This document shows, piece by piece, positions 19,657 to 29,085 of a stretch of 64,000 nt of DNA; position 1 is the stretch's first letter; the number at the start of each line of letters is the position of its first letter. A program made the translations under genes and the position numbers. The stretch spans positions 62,001 to 126,000 of the IMG/VR virus record IMGVR_UViG_3300031344_000002; one strand, 5' to 3'. The notes under the pieces are model-generated. The model was not told where the DNA came from and did not search any database. It saw only the letters and a list, made by a program, of their open reading frames with translations.

Positions 19657-22600
19657 ATGACATACGAAGAATTTAAACAAAATTTTTTAGCGGATTTTCT
19701 TAATATAAAATCATTTGCAGGTAGAATACAATATGCTAATGAACATCTATCAAGAATTGGTAGTGGTAGTGGTAGGATTGTGTATGATATTGATGGTCAA
19801 AAAGTATTAAAATTAGCAAAAAATGCTAAAGGTATTGCACAAAATAAAGCAGAAGCTGGTATTGGATATTATGGGGATACGCAACATATTGTTACAATTA
19901 TTTATGATAATGCAGATGATGATAGTTGGTTAATTGCAGAAAAAGCAAAAAAAGTAAACGAAAAAAGAATTAAAGAATTAACGAGTATTCCAAGTCTTAA
20001 TGATTTGTATTATTATTTAAGAAATAATGAATCTGAAAATAAAGGTGGAAGTGGAATTTTTGGACAAAACGAAAATATTAAAAATCAATTAGATAATAAT
20101 GAATTTATCATTGATTTAATAGATTTTGTTGCAAATTATTCAATAAGTGTTGGTGATTTGGGTAGACCAAGTTCTTATGGTGAAGTACTCCGTGATGGTC
20201 AACCAACAATTGTATTAACAGATTATGGATTAAATGATGAAGTATATGATACACATTATAATCCACAAAAAAAGCAAAAATATCGTATGTATGAATTATA
20301 CAATTTTGCTGATGGTAATGATGATATTCTTTCTGATATAGGTAATGTTGGACAAGACCAAAGACATGGAATGTGGGCATTAATGCCATATGGTGTAGGT
20401 GATGGCGATGGTGTAATAAATGAAGAATTTAAAGAATTTATTATAAGAAGAAGCATATATCCAAATAAACCAATAAAGAATATGCCAGAACTTGTAGATA
20501 ATTTTCATGAATGTGTAAATAATCTTAAAGAAACATTAAATCATGTAGATGATAAGAAAAAATTCTATAATAATTTATTGGAACTTCAAAAATATCTTAT
20601 TTCTCAAAATTATTATGATAGAGAACCACTTAGTAGTGAAGAATATGTTATAAATGAAGATATTGAACAACAATCGCCACAAGTTCAAAAATTTACATTA
20701 ACTGATGTAAATTATGCAACTGAAATTGCTAAGACTAGTGCTGAAAAATTAGGGTTTAAAATATTAAAAACAATTGGCGGTGGTTCAAATGGTTTTGCAT
20801 TTGATATTGGCGATACAAAAATTTTTAAACTTTCTGCTGATATTAGTGAAGCAGATGCAGCAACAAAATTAATAAGAGTAAAACCAACACATCTTGCAAT
20901 TGTTTATAATTTATATAAAATAGTGGATACTGAAAAAAATCAGGCATTCTTTGGAATAATCGAACGTCATATAACAGATAAACCACTTCAACAATTTAAT
21001 CGAAACATAGATATTATTAATAGTATTATGCCAAATAATATGTCGATAGTTGATTTTTATATAATGATGAAAAAGAATTTTGATTATAATAATTTAATTA
21101 ATTTAGCAAAAAATATACTTACAGAAAAACCTGAAGTAAATATTTCAAATATAGAAAGACAACAAGCATATGATTGGATGATAGGATTGTTCGAAATTAA
21201 AAAAGAATTATTGAGTTATAATATTAAATCAGATGATTATGGTAATCCAGAAAATCTTGGATATGAGGGGGGTATTTTAAAATTCTTTGATTTTGGTGGT
21301 TATCGAGGTGTTAATGAACCTGATTTGGGAGATGCAAATATTATATTTTTACCTGAAAACGAAGAAATATTAGATGAAAAATATAATAGAAATATTGCAG
21401 ATAATATAGCCAATCAAATTGCAAAAACAAAAGGATATAATGAACCAAAATATGTAGATGCTGGTGAATATGGTGTTGCTTATGATATTGGTGATGATAA
21501 AATTTTAAAAATAACTGCAGATAATAGTGAAGCAGCAGAAAATTTAAAACTTATAAATAAACCATTAAAATATATAGCACAACCATATAATGTATTTACA
21601 ATCGATTCAAAAAATACATATATTTCTAAAACATATGCAATTGTTTTGGAAAAATTAAAAACAGACCCACAAAAATTTAAAAGACTTAAAGAAAGAATTG
21701 ATTTTATTTTTGGAAAAATATTTAATCTCAGACTTTATGATATTATTGATTATTATATAAATGGATATGGGGACATAGATACAAAAAAAATTGATGGATA
21801 TATGTCAAAAAATCCAGAAGATGCTGAATTTTTTTATTCTATATTAAGAATTGCTGAAGAAGCAAAACAATATGGAGTTGAAAGTTTGGATTATTTTAAT
21901 TATACTAATTTAGGATATAAAAAAAATGGAGTAATTGCATTTTTTGATGTGGGATTTAGTAATGGTTACTTACAACCGAATGGTGCAGAAAATATAAAAA
22001 TAACTGAAGATGGAACTTCAAAATTCTCAACACCAAATAGTATTGGACAAGATAATTTTCCACCATATGAAAATAATGATACATCTCCAGTTACAGATAA
22101 TAACGTACCAACAACTCCAGAAAGTGTAAAAGAAGATTTAGAATATCATCATGTTGTAGGTGATGCAACACAAGATAAATTTGCTCTTGATGAAATTGGA
22201 AAAAAATCATTTATGAAGGGAGCACAAGCTGTTACAGTAAAAAAGAAATGTAGATTAGGTGGTTTGGGAAATACAAGTGTAGCTTGTAATCAAGGTGATA
22301 TTAATAATCTTGATATTAAAACAATTAATGAAAATAATAATATTGATTTATTAAAATTGCAATTAGCACAAGCAGCACAAAAAGTTTATAATGAATGGGA
22401 ACAAGATGAAAATGGTATGGATTGTACATTAGGTTCTGGTGGTATATGTCAAGATATTGCTGGTGCAATGTGTGATATATTAATAAATAATAATATTGAA
22501 TGTACAACAGTATCTCAGCAAATTGGTGACCAACATGTTTATGTTGTCGCTCAAACAGACGATGGTATATATGATATAGATATTTCACCATATTTATATG

Positions 22601-25600
22601 AAGAAGGTAGTGGTTATTGTTGGAAAAAAATACCTGATGTTGAATTTAATGAAAGATATATTAATATAAATAAAATAAGTTCAGACCCTAATGATTATGA
22701 AAAATATATAATTAATGAAAATTATAATAAAAAAATTAATGAACAATCAATTAATGAAACAAATTTACCGCATAATAAAACTTTTTGGGCATGGGTGTCA
22801 CCAGATAATAAATTCACTGAAGTATCTAAACTTCAACATGCAGGATTTATTGAAGGAAAATATCCTGAACTATCATATGATTTAGATGCGTTATTTTATC
22901 AAGCATTTAGAGAAGGTTGGGTACGAGTAATTTATGAATATAACTCAGACAGATTTATGGGTACTTTATCTATGAATGGATTTGATAAAGAAAGAGTTAA
23001 ATCAGTATTTAAGGACATGTTTTTTGATTTAATTAAATATGGAAATAATATAATTTATTTAGATTATGAAGTTGGTGGTAATGCTGATATAATAAGAACA
23101 GGTAATGCGGAAGGAAAAGCAAAATTGGTGAATTATGTAAATGAACAATCAATTAAAGATTTTGAAAAACAAATTGAAAAAGATAATAAAGATGATAAAT
23201 TAGATAAACTTCTTTTATTTGAAGAAGATGACTATAAAGTATATGCAGTTAATGGTAAATATGTAAGAAGTAAAAATCCGGGACTGAATTTTGATGAATG
23301 GGTTGATGGCGGTCATCATTATGTTGATTTAGACCTACCAAAAAAAGAACAAAAATACGCTAAACATATTCCAGAAGATGAAATTTGGGTTGATGATGTA
23401 TTCATTATAAAACCTGATGATTTAGGCGCAATATTATTACATGAAACACTTGAAAGACATTTAATGAAATACTATGGTTTGAAATATAGTAATGATGGCG
23501 AAGGTAAAGATGGTGCTCATGAAATTGCAAATAAAGCAGAAGTAGAATTTAGAGAAAGAGTAAAAAATGGTTTTGGTCGTGATGTTAGTGAAGAAATTTA
23601 TACTAAATTTGTAAAAAATTATACAAAGAAACATCCAAAAAAGAAATTAAAAATTAATGAAGAAAATTATGTTGGAAAAGCATATAGAGTGAATTCTAAT
23701 TTCATTCAATCTAAAGGAACTACTGCAGGTGATGTTGTTAGATTTGAAATGAAAGAATTAGGTAATGTTGATGATTTTAATATAACTCCTGAAAAATTAA
23801 AAGAACTTGATAAATATCCAGCTAAAGATATTGTCTGGATTACAAAAACATTTGAGGATGCAAAAAGATATTCTAATGAAGATGACTTTTCAGATATCGA
23901 TGAATTTGATATTAATAATGGCGAAATTATTGGTGAAGATGGTGATGGTGGATATCTTATTTTAATTAAAAAACATAATTTAAATGAATCAATAATGATT
24001 GAAGATGATTCTCAATCAAATAATAAAATTACTGGTTTTGTAAATAATTTAAAACAAAAACCATTTATTCAATCACTTATAAATGGTTTAAAATCAGATG
24101 TTTATGTTGTTGGAGGGGCTGTTCGTGACCTTATTCTTAATAAACCAAACAAAGATATTGATTTGGTTGTAGGAAAAGTACCTATAGATACATTAATTTC
24201 ACAATTACAAAAATTTGGTAAAGTTGATGTTGTTGGTAAATCATTTGGTGTTATTAAATTTATTGATAAAGATGGTACTGACTATGATATAGCATTACCA
24301 AGGGTTGATAGAAAAAATGACGAAGGTGGTTATCGTGGCTTTGATGTTCAAAGTGATGAAAATCTCCCAATTGAAGATGAACTTATTAGAAGAGATGCAC
24401 GTTTCAATGCTATGGCAATTAATATCAATACTGGTAAATTTATTGACCCTTTAGGTGGATTAGATGATATTAAAAAGAAACAAATATCTGCAGCAAATCC
24501 TGATGCGTTTTCAGACGACCCATTAAGAGCATTAAGATTTTGTTCGTTTGCTAGTCGTTTTGGTTTCACAATTGAACCACAAACGATGCAAATGATTAAA
24601 GATAATGCGAGTAGAATTAAAGAAATTCCGCCAGAAAGAATATTAATTGAATTTGATAAAATTTTAAAAAAAGGCGACAAACGTATTGGTATACAACTGC
24701 TTAAAGACACTGGTTTATTTCAACAAATTTTTAATTTTGATTTAAAACAATCAACAATTGATAGAAGTCCATTTGAAGAAGTTAAAACAATGGGTGAGTT
24801 TATTTATTTATTAACACGATTATTACCAAATCCTGCAGAATTTTATAAAAATAATTTAAAAGGTGATATTGATACTTATAAGGAAATTAAAGCACTTGAA
24901 ATGGCATTTGATAGTGGTGAAGCAACTAATTTAATTGAAGCACGAACAGTTGCGCATAATATGTATGTAACATCACCACAATCACTTCAAAGCCAAATAA
25001 TACCTAGTGTAATTGAAACCGCAGCACAAGAATTATTACAAGGCAAATATCCAAAAGCAGTTGGTGAACTAGCAATTAATGGCAATGATTTAATTCAATT
25101 TGGATTAAAAGGTAAAGAGATTGGTGATATGTTAAAATCATTATTGTTAAAGGTATATTCAAATAATGTTAGGAATAATCGAGATGATTTATTAAATTTG
25201 ACAAGTCAAAAAAATAAATCAATAAAACAAGAAGGTGTTGCAGATAAATATGCAGAAAAAACTTTTAATGTTCCTGACTCAAATACTGCAATGGATGTTA
25301 AAGCAATGGGTGGTATAGAAAAAAATAAAGAAAAACCATATGCAATTAGTGAAGAGGGTGATTTATTTTTTAAGAACCCAAAATCATTAACAAATTTTGA
25401 TAAAAATGTTAGGGCAATTGCTGATAGTGATGGAAACTTATTTGTTGCACAAGTAAATGGTAATTTTCTTCATGGAGATATTGCAAGAACATTAGGAATT
25501 GTTGGATGGATATATGAAAATAATGATTATGTGTTGTTACATAGAGCAGGAAACACAAATAATTTTGGATTGAGTGATAGTAATTATAATGATATTAGAA

Positions 25601-26610
25601 ATTTTAAAGATATACGTGAAAGTGCAATACAAATATTAAATAAAACAAAAAAAAGAAATCCACAATATAATTTTTACCTTAAATATTTTAACAATATAGA
25701 TGATGATAGTATGCCTATTGATAATATAGGTCTTAATGAAAATATTGATGGTCAACATAAAACAATTACTGAAGAATATCATGAAGTTGGTGATGGTAAA
25801 TATGTAGTAAATAATAAAATTGTTGATATTAATTTCTTTGTTAATGAATATAATAAATGGAATACTGAAAGTGGAAGAGGAAGAGCAGAATATTCAGACC
25901 CAAATGAAGCATCAGTATTAGAATTTTTACAAAATAATTATGAAGATTTTAGCCATAATGAAAAATTAAAACATAAATTATTATGGAAACTTACAGATAA
26001 TGACGTTTTAAATGAAACACCAATTGATTCAATAACTTCAGATAATATAATAACACCGCAATATATAAAAGATGTAGAACGTAGTGATAATTATGAAAGA
26101 TATATTGAATATTATAAATATGAAAATAATTTGGAGGATGAAGATAAGGAAGTTATTGAACAAAATGAAGATTTTAAAAAATGGTTTATATGGGAATTAA
26201 AAAATAAATATGATGATGTAATAGATAAAATAAAAGAGAAAATAAAACCAAATGATACTATTGATATTTGGAGAGAAATGACAGTTGATGATAATTGGAT
26301 TTATCATATTGGTACACAAGGAAAACATTTAGGTATTTATTGGTCTTGGGAAGAAAATGCTGCTGAAGCACATTGGGGAGATAGTAAAAAATATAATAAA
26401 GCAATAATAAAAACATCTGTGAAAGAAGACAATATTGATTGGACTAATACAATATATGCTAATATGGATTTGGCTCTTGGCGAAGATGAAAAAGAAATAA
26501 CATTATTTAAAAATACATCATTAAAAATTGAAGAATTATATATAAATGGTGAAGATATTATGGATTCTCCGCAAGCAATACCAATTAAAAATAAAATATT
26601 TTATGCTTAA
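19657..26610 (+). CDS. Giant polyvalent multi-enzyme protein: three kinase-like domains, Cys-His-Asp domain, zincin, two ART-like domains, CCA-adding/poly(A) polymerase-family nucleotidyltransferase
   Basis: Kinases: GSGSGRIVY/VLKL/DYG, GGGSNGFAF/IFKL/DFG, DAGEYGVAY/ILKI/DVG. Other motifs: GICQD...HVYV...DID; HETLERH; GGAVRD..DID..RRD..FNA..DDPLR; WR..YWS..EDEKE. Confidence 0.8.
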   Translation: MTYEEFKQNFLADFLNIKSFAGRIQYANEHLSRIGSGSGRIVYDIDGQKVLKLAKNAKGIAQNKAEAGIGYYGDTQHIVTIIYDNADDDSWLIAEKAKKVNEKRIKELTSIPSLNDLYYYLRNNESENKGGSGIFGQNENIKNQLDNNEFIIDLIDFVANYSISVGDLGRPSSYGEVLRDGQPTIVLTDYGLNDEVYDTHYNPQKKQKYRMYELYNFADGNDDILSDIGNVGQDQRHGMWALMPYGVGDGDGVINEEFKEFIIRRSIYPNKPIKNMPELVDNFHECVNNLKETLNHVDDKKKFYNNLLELQKYLISQNYYDREPLSSEEYVINEDIEQQSPQVQKFTLTDVNYATEIAKTSAEKLGFKILKTIGGGSNGFAFDIGDTKIFKLSADISEADAATKLIRVKPTHLAIVYNLYKIVDTEKNQAFFGIIERHITDKPLQQFNRNIDIINSIMPNNMSIVDFYIMMKKNFDYNNLINLAKNILTEKPEVNISNIERQQAYDWMIGLFEIKKELLSYNIKSDDYGNPENLGYEGGILKFFDFGGYRGVNEPDLGDANIIFLPENEEILDEKYNRNIADNIANQIAKTKGYNEPKYVDAGEYGVAYDIGDDKILKITADNSEAAENLKLINKPLKYIAQPYNVFTIDSKNTYISKTYAIVLEKLKTDPQKFKRLKERIDFIFGKIFNLRLYDIIDYYINGYGDIDTKKIDGYMSKNPEDAEFFYSILRIAEEAKQYGVESLDYFNYTNLGYKKNGVIAFFDVGFSNGYLQPNGAENIKITEDGTSKFSTPNSIGQDNFPPYENNDTSPVTDNNVPTTPESVKEDLEYHHVVGDATQDKFALDEIGKKSFMKGAQAVTVKKKCRLGGLGNTSVACNQGDINNLDIKTINENNNIDLLKLQLAQAAQKVYNEWEQDENGMDCTLGSGGICQDIAGAMCDILINNNIECTTVSQQIGDQHVYVVAQTDDGIYDIDISPYLYEEGSGYCWKKIPDVEFNERYININKISSDPNDYEKYIINENYNKKINEQSINETNLPHNKTFWAWVSPDNKFTEVSKLQHAGFIEGKYPELSYDLDALFYQAFREGWVRVIYEYNSDRFMGTLSMNGFDKERVKSVFKDMFFDLIKYGNNIIYLDYEVGGNADIIRTGNAEGKAKLVNYVNEQSIKDFEKQIEKDNKDDKLDKLLLFEEDDYKVYAVNGKYVRSKNPGLNFDEWVDGGHHYVDLDLPKKEQKYAKHIPEDEIWVDDVFIIKPDDLGAILLHETLERHLMKYYGLKYSNDGEGKDGAHEIANKAEVEFRERVKNGFGRDVSEEIYTKFVKNYTKKHPKKKLKINEENYVGKAYRVNSNFIQSKGTTAGDVVRFEMKELGNVDDFNITPEKLKELDKYPAKDIVWITKTFEDAKRYSNEDDFSDIDEFDINNGEIIGEDGDGGYLILIKKHNLNESIMIEDDSQSNNKITGFVNNLKQKPFIQSLINGLKSDVYVVGGAVRDLILNKPNKDIDLVVGKVPIDTLISQLQKFGKVDVVGKSFGVIKFIDKDGTDYDIALPRVDRKNDEGGYRGFDVQSDENLPIEDELIRRDARFNAMAININTGKFIDPLGGLDDIKKKQISAANPDAFSDDPLRALRFCSFASRFGFTIEPQTMQMIKDNASRIKEIPPERILIEFDKILKKGDKRIGIQLLKDTGLFQQIFNFDLKQSTIDRSPFEEVKTMGEFIYLLTRLLPNPAEFYKNNLKGDIDTYKEIKALEMAFDSGEATNLIEARTVAHNMYVTSPQSLQSQIIPSVIETAAQELLQGKYPKAVGELAINGNDLIQFGLKGKEIGDMLKSLLLKVYSNNVRNNRDDLLNLTSQKNKSIKQEGVADKYAEKTFNVPDSNTAMDVKAMGGIEKNKEKPYAISEEGDLFFKNPKSLTNFDKNVRAIADSDGNLFVAQVNGNFLHGDIARTLGIVGWIYENNDYVLLHRAGNTNNFGLSDSNYNDIRNFKDIRESAIQILNKTKKRNPQYNFYLKYFNNIDDDSMPIDNIGLNENIDGQHKTITEEYHEVGDGKYVVNNKIVDINFFVNEYNKWNTESGRGRAEYSDPNEASVLEFLQNNYEDFSHNEKLKHKLLWKLTDNDVLNETPIDSITSDNIITPQYIKDVERSDNYERYIEYYKYENNLEDEDKEVIEQNEDFKKWFIWELKNKYDDVIDKIKEKIKPNDTIDIWREMTVDDNWIYHIGTQGKHLGIYWSWEENAAEAHWGDSKKYNKAIIKTSVKEDNIDWTNTIYANMDLALGEDEKEITLFKNTSLKIEELYINGEDIMDSPQAIPIKNKIFYA

Positions 26611-26666
26611 AAATTACTAAATAAAACATACAATATCTAAAAAATGAAAATTCTTCTATATTTTAT

Positions 26667-26676
26667 AGTATTTATA
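26667..26676 (+). promoter_or_regulatory. Putative late promoter motif AGTATTTATA
   Basis: 12 nt upstream of GTG 26689. Confidence 0.55.
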
Positions 26677-26688
26677 GAAAAATGAATT

Positions 26689-27558
26689 GTGTTAGATATT
26701 AATGTAATTAAAAATAAAAGAATTTTTAAATTAACAAAAGATGAATTAAATTATTTGTATCGTGATTTAAATATGTCACAAACTGATATTGGAAAATTAC
26801 TTAATACTGATTCAAGTAATGTTTCAAGAAAATTTAAAAAAGAAAGCATAATTGCAGATAAAGGAAATGAATATATTTCAAAAAAACAATTACAAACACA
26901 AATTGAATTAACTAAAGAAATTTTAGTAATTGAATATCCAAACAATTCAATTACTAAAATAGCAAAAAAATTTGGTGTTAGCTATTCTTTTATTTATAAA
27001 AAATTAAATGAATTTGATATTCCAATACAAAAAAATGGTTATTTTCAAACAAAATATATTGATAATATAACATATGATACATTATTTGATTTATATTGGA
27101 ATAAAAAATTAAGTTTGTTTGAAATAGGTACAATATTTTGTGCTGATAAAAATTTAATTAAAAGAAGATTAAAAGAATTTAAAATAAAAATTAGAACAAA
27201 AAAAGAGGCATTTAATTTAGTTGAATATAAAAAGAAGAAAAGTGAAATTATAAAATCTATAATTGGAAATGAGTTCAAACCAGTTTATAATAAAGAATCA
27301 ATTCCAATAATTGAAGAATTTGGTAAAAAAATGGGATATAATTTTATTCATGCCGAAAATGGTGGTGAACATTTAATAGATGAATTATTTTATTGGGTGG
27401 ATGGATATGATTATGATAAAAATGTTGTTGTTGAATATTACGAAAAGGCACATAAATATAAAAAAGAATATGATAGAAATAGAATTTCAAGAATTAAACA
27501 ATTTTTAGAATGTAAAATTTTTATAATTTATGAAAATGGAATAATAGAAGAAAAATAA
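26689..27558 (+). CDS. Putative homing endonuclease (tandem HTH modules plus C-terminal PD-(D/E)xK/Vsr-like nuclease)
   Basis: Three HTH-like repeats (SQTDIGKLL, SITKIAKKFGVS, SLFEIGTIF) followed by NGGE...YWVDGYD...VVEYYE..H. Confidence 0.6.
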   Translation: MLDINVIKNKRIFKLTKDELNYLYRDLNMSQTDIGKLLNTDSSNVSRKFKKESIIADKGNEYISKKQLQTQIELTKEILVIEYPNNSITKIAKKFGVSYSFIYKKLNEFDIPIQKNGYFQTKYIDNITYDTLFDLYWNKKLSLFEIGTIFCADKNLIKRRLKEFKIKIRTKKEAFNLVEYKKKKSEIIKSIIGNEFKPVYNKESIPIIEEFGKKMGYNFIHAENGGEHLIDELFYWVDGYDYDKNVVVEYYEKAHKYKKEYDRNRISRIKQFLECKIFIIYENGIIEEK

Positions 27559-27569
27559 AATAATAAAAA

Positions 27570-27953
27570 ATGAATAATATATCTTATAGTGCAGTCGTTC
27601 TTGATGATAGGTCAAAACAAAGACTTATTGAACGATTTAAAACAATTATTCCAGAAGGATTCGAAATTGTTGCGCATCACATGACTATTAACATGGGTGA
27701 AATCGACCCAAAACTTGAAAAATATCTAGGATTGCCAGTACGATTAAGTGTTAATGAATTTGCTATAGATGATAAAGTAATGGCTGTGGGGGTTAGCGGT
27801 TTTGAAACACACAACGCTAAAGCACATATTACATTAGCTGTAAATCGAGCAAATGGTGGTAAACCAATGATGTCAAATAAATTAACTAATTGGCAACCAT
27901 TAAAAAGACCATTATATATAACAGGTAAAGTAATAGAAGTGGAATTTAAGTAA
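27570..27953 (+). CDS. 2H phosphoesterase (tRNA-ligase cyclic phosphodiesterase-like)
   Basis: Two HxT motifs, AHHMTI and AHITLA, plus YSAVVLD and GKPMMSN. Confidence 0.75.
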   Translation: MNNISYSAVVLDDRSKQRLIERFKTIIPEGFEIVAHHMTINMGEIDPKLEKYLGLPVRLSVNEFAIDDKVMAVGVSGFETHNAKAHITLAVNRANGGKPMMSNKLTNWQPLKRPLYITGKVIEVEFK

Positions 27954-27954
27954 C

Positions 27955-28458
27955 ATGGCTGATTGGAAAGAATCATCAAGAATGGGTTTTGAATTTGAAG
28001 ATTTTTGTTTAAAAGATTTAAATGAAAAATTATTTCCTCTTGCATATAAAAATATGAAAAAAGAAGAGTATAGTTATTATGATATTATACTTTTTAATGG
28101 TAAATTTGCAGAAAAACAAAAAACAATTGAATGTAAGTTTGATAAAATGGGTAGTGTTAGTGGTAACATTTGTATTGAAACTGGATGTTGGGGGAGGCAA
28201 TCAGGATTATTAATTACAAAAGCTGATTATTGGATTATTGGTGATGGTATTATAACATATATTGCTAAAACAAAAAGAATACATGATTGTATTGTTGAAA
28301 ATATAAATCAAATCGAGTATAAGAAAAAAACAAAAATTGAACAAAAGAAAGGTATTTTTAAAGAAATGGATATGTATATTATTCCAAAAAGATTCTTTGA
28401 ACCTTATTGTGAAGAAATTAATAATATTAATGAAATGAAATATAATTGTTTATTATGA
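27955..28458 (+). CDS. PD-(D/E)xK-family nuclease-like protein
   Basis: GFEFE...YDIIL...TIECKFD...GNICIE...SG...TKADYW. Confidence 0.6.
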   Translation: MADWKESSRMGFEFEDFCLKDLNEKLFPLAYKNMKKEEYSYYDIILFNGKFAEKQKTIECKFDKMGSVSGNICIETGCWGRQSGLLITKADYWIIGDGIITYIAKTKRIHDCIVENINQIEYKKKTKIEQKKGIFKEMDMYIIPKRFFEPYCEEINNINEMKYNCLL

Positions 28459-28462
28459 TTAA

Positions 28463-29050
28463 ATGTATTTAGAAATGGAAAATAATATTAAAAGATTAAT
28501 TATCAGTGACTTAGATGGAACTTTGATTAATTCACCAATGCCAGAAACAGGTAAAGTTCAATGGTCTGAGAAAATGAAAACGCCATATAAATATCAAGGT
28601 TGGTGGGGTCGTCCAGAAAGTTTGGATTTAAACGTTTTTGATATTAAACCATTTTCAAGTGTATTGAATCAATTAAAAGAAGAACAGGCAAAGCCAAATA
28701 CTTATGTAATAATACTTACATCAAGAATGGAAAAACTACGTCCACAAGTTCAAGCAATACTTGATGCAAATCATATTGTTGTTGATAAACTTGATATGAA
28801 ACGTGCAGAAGGAGATAAAGGAAAGAAAGTTTTGAGATATGTGGAGCAATTTCCAGAATTGGAAGAAATAAATGTTTACGATGATAGAGATACAGACATT
28901 CAATCTTATGTAGCAATTAAAAATCAAATTCCAAAAAGTATTAGATTTAATATATATTTAGCAAAAGAAGGTAAATTATCTTTATTAGAAAATAGATTTA
29001 CATTATTAAATATTATTCGTGAAGAAATTCAAAATATTTTAAAAAATTAA
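28463..29050 (+). CDS. HAD-family phosphatase, RNA-repair (Swiss Army Knife HAD/Pnkp-like) type
   Basis: DLDGTL (motif I), NSP..., GWW, LTSR (motif II), K, YDDR (motif IV). Confidence 0.75.
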   Translation: MYLEMENNIKRLIISDLDGTLINSPMPETGKVQWSEKMKTPYKYQGWWGRPESLDLNVFDIKPFSSVLNQLKEEQAKPNTYVIILTSRMEKLRPQVQAILDANHIVVDKLDMKRAEGDKGKKVLRYVEQFPELEEINVYDDRDTDIQSYVAIKNQIPKSIRFNIYLAKEGKLSLLENRFTLLNIIREEIQNILKN

Positions 29051-29056
29051 AACAAC

Positions 29057-29066
29057 TGTATTTATA
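29057..29066 (+). promoter_or_regulatory. Putative late promoter motif TGTATTTATA
   Basis: 19 nt upstream of ATG 29086. Confidence 0.6.
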
Positions 29067-29085
29067 ATAAAAATTAATAAACATT

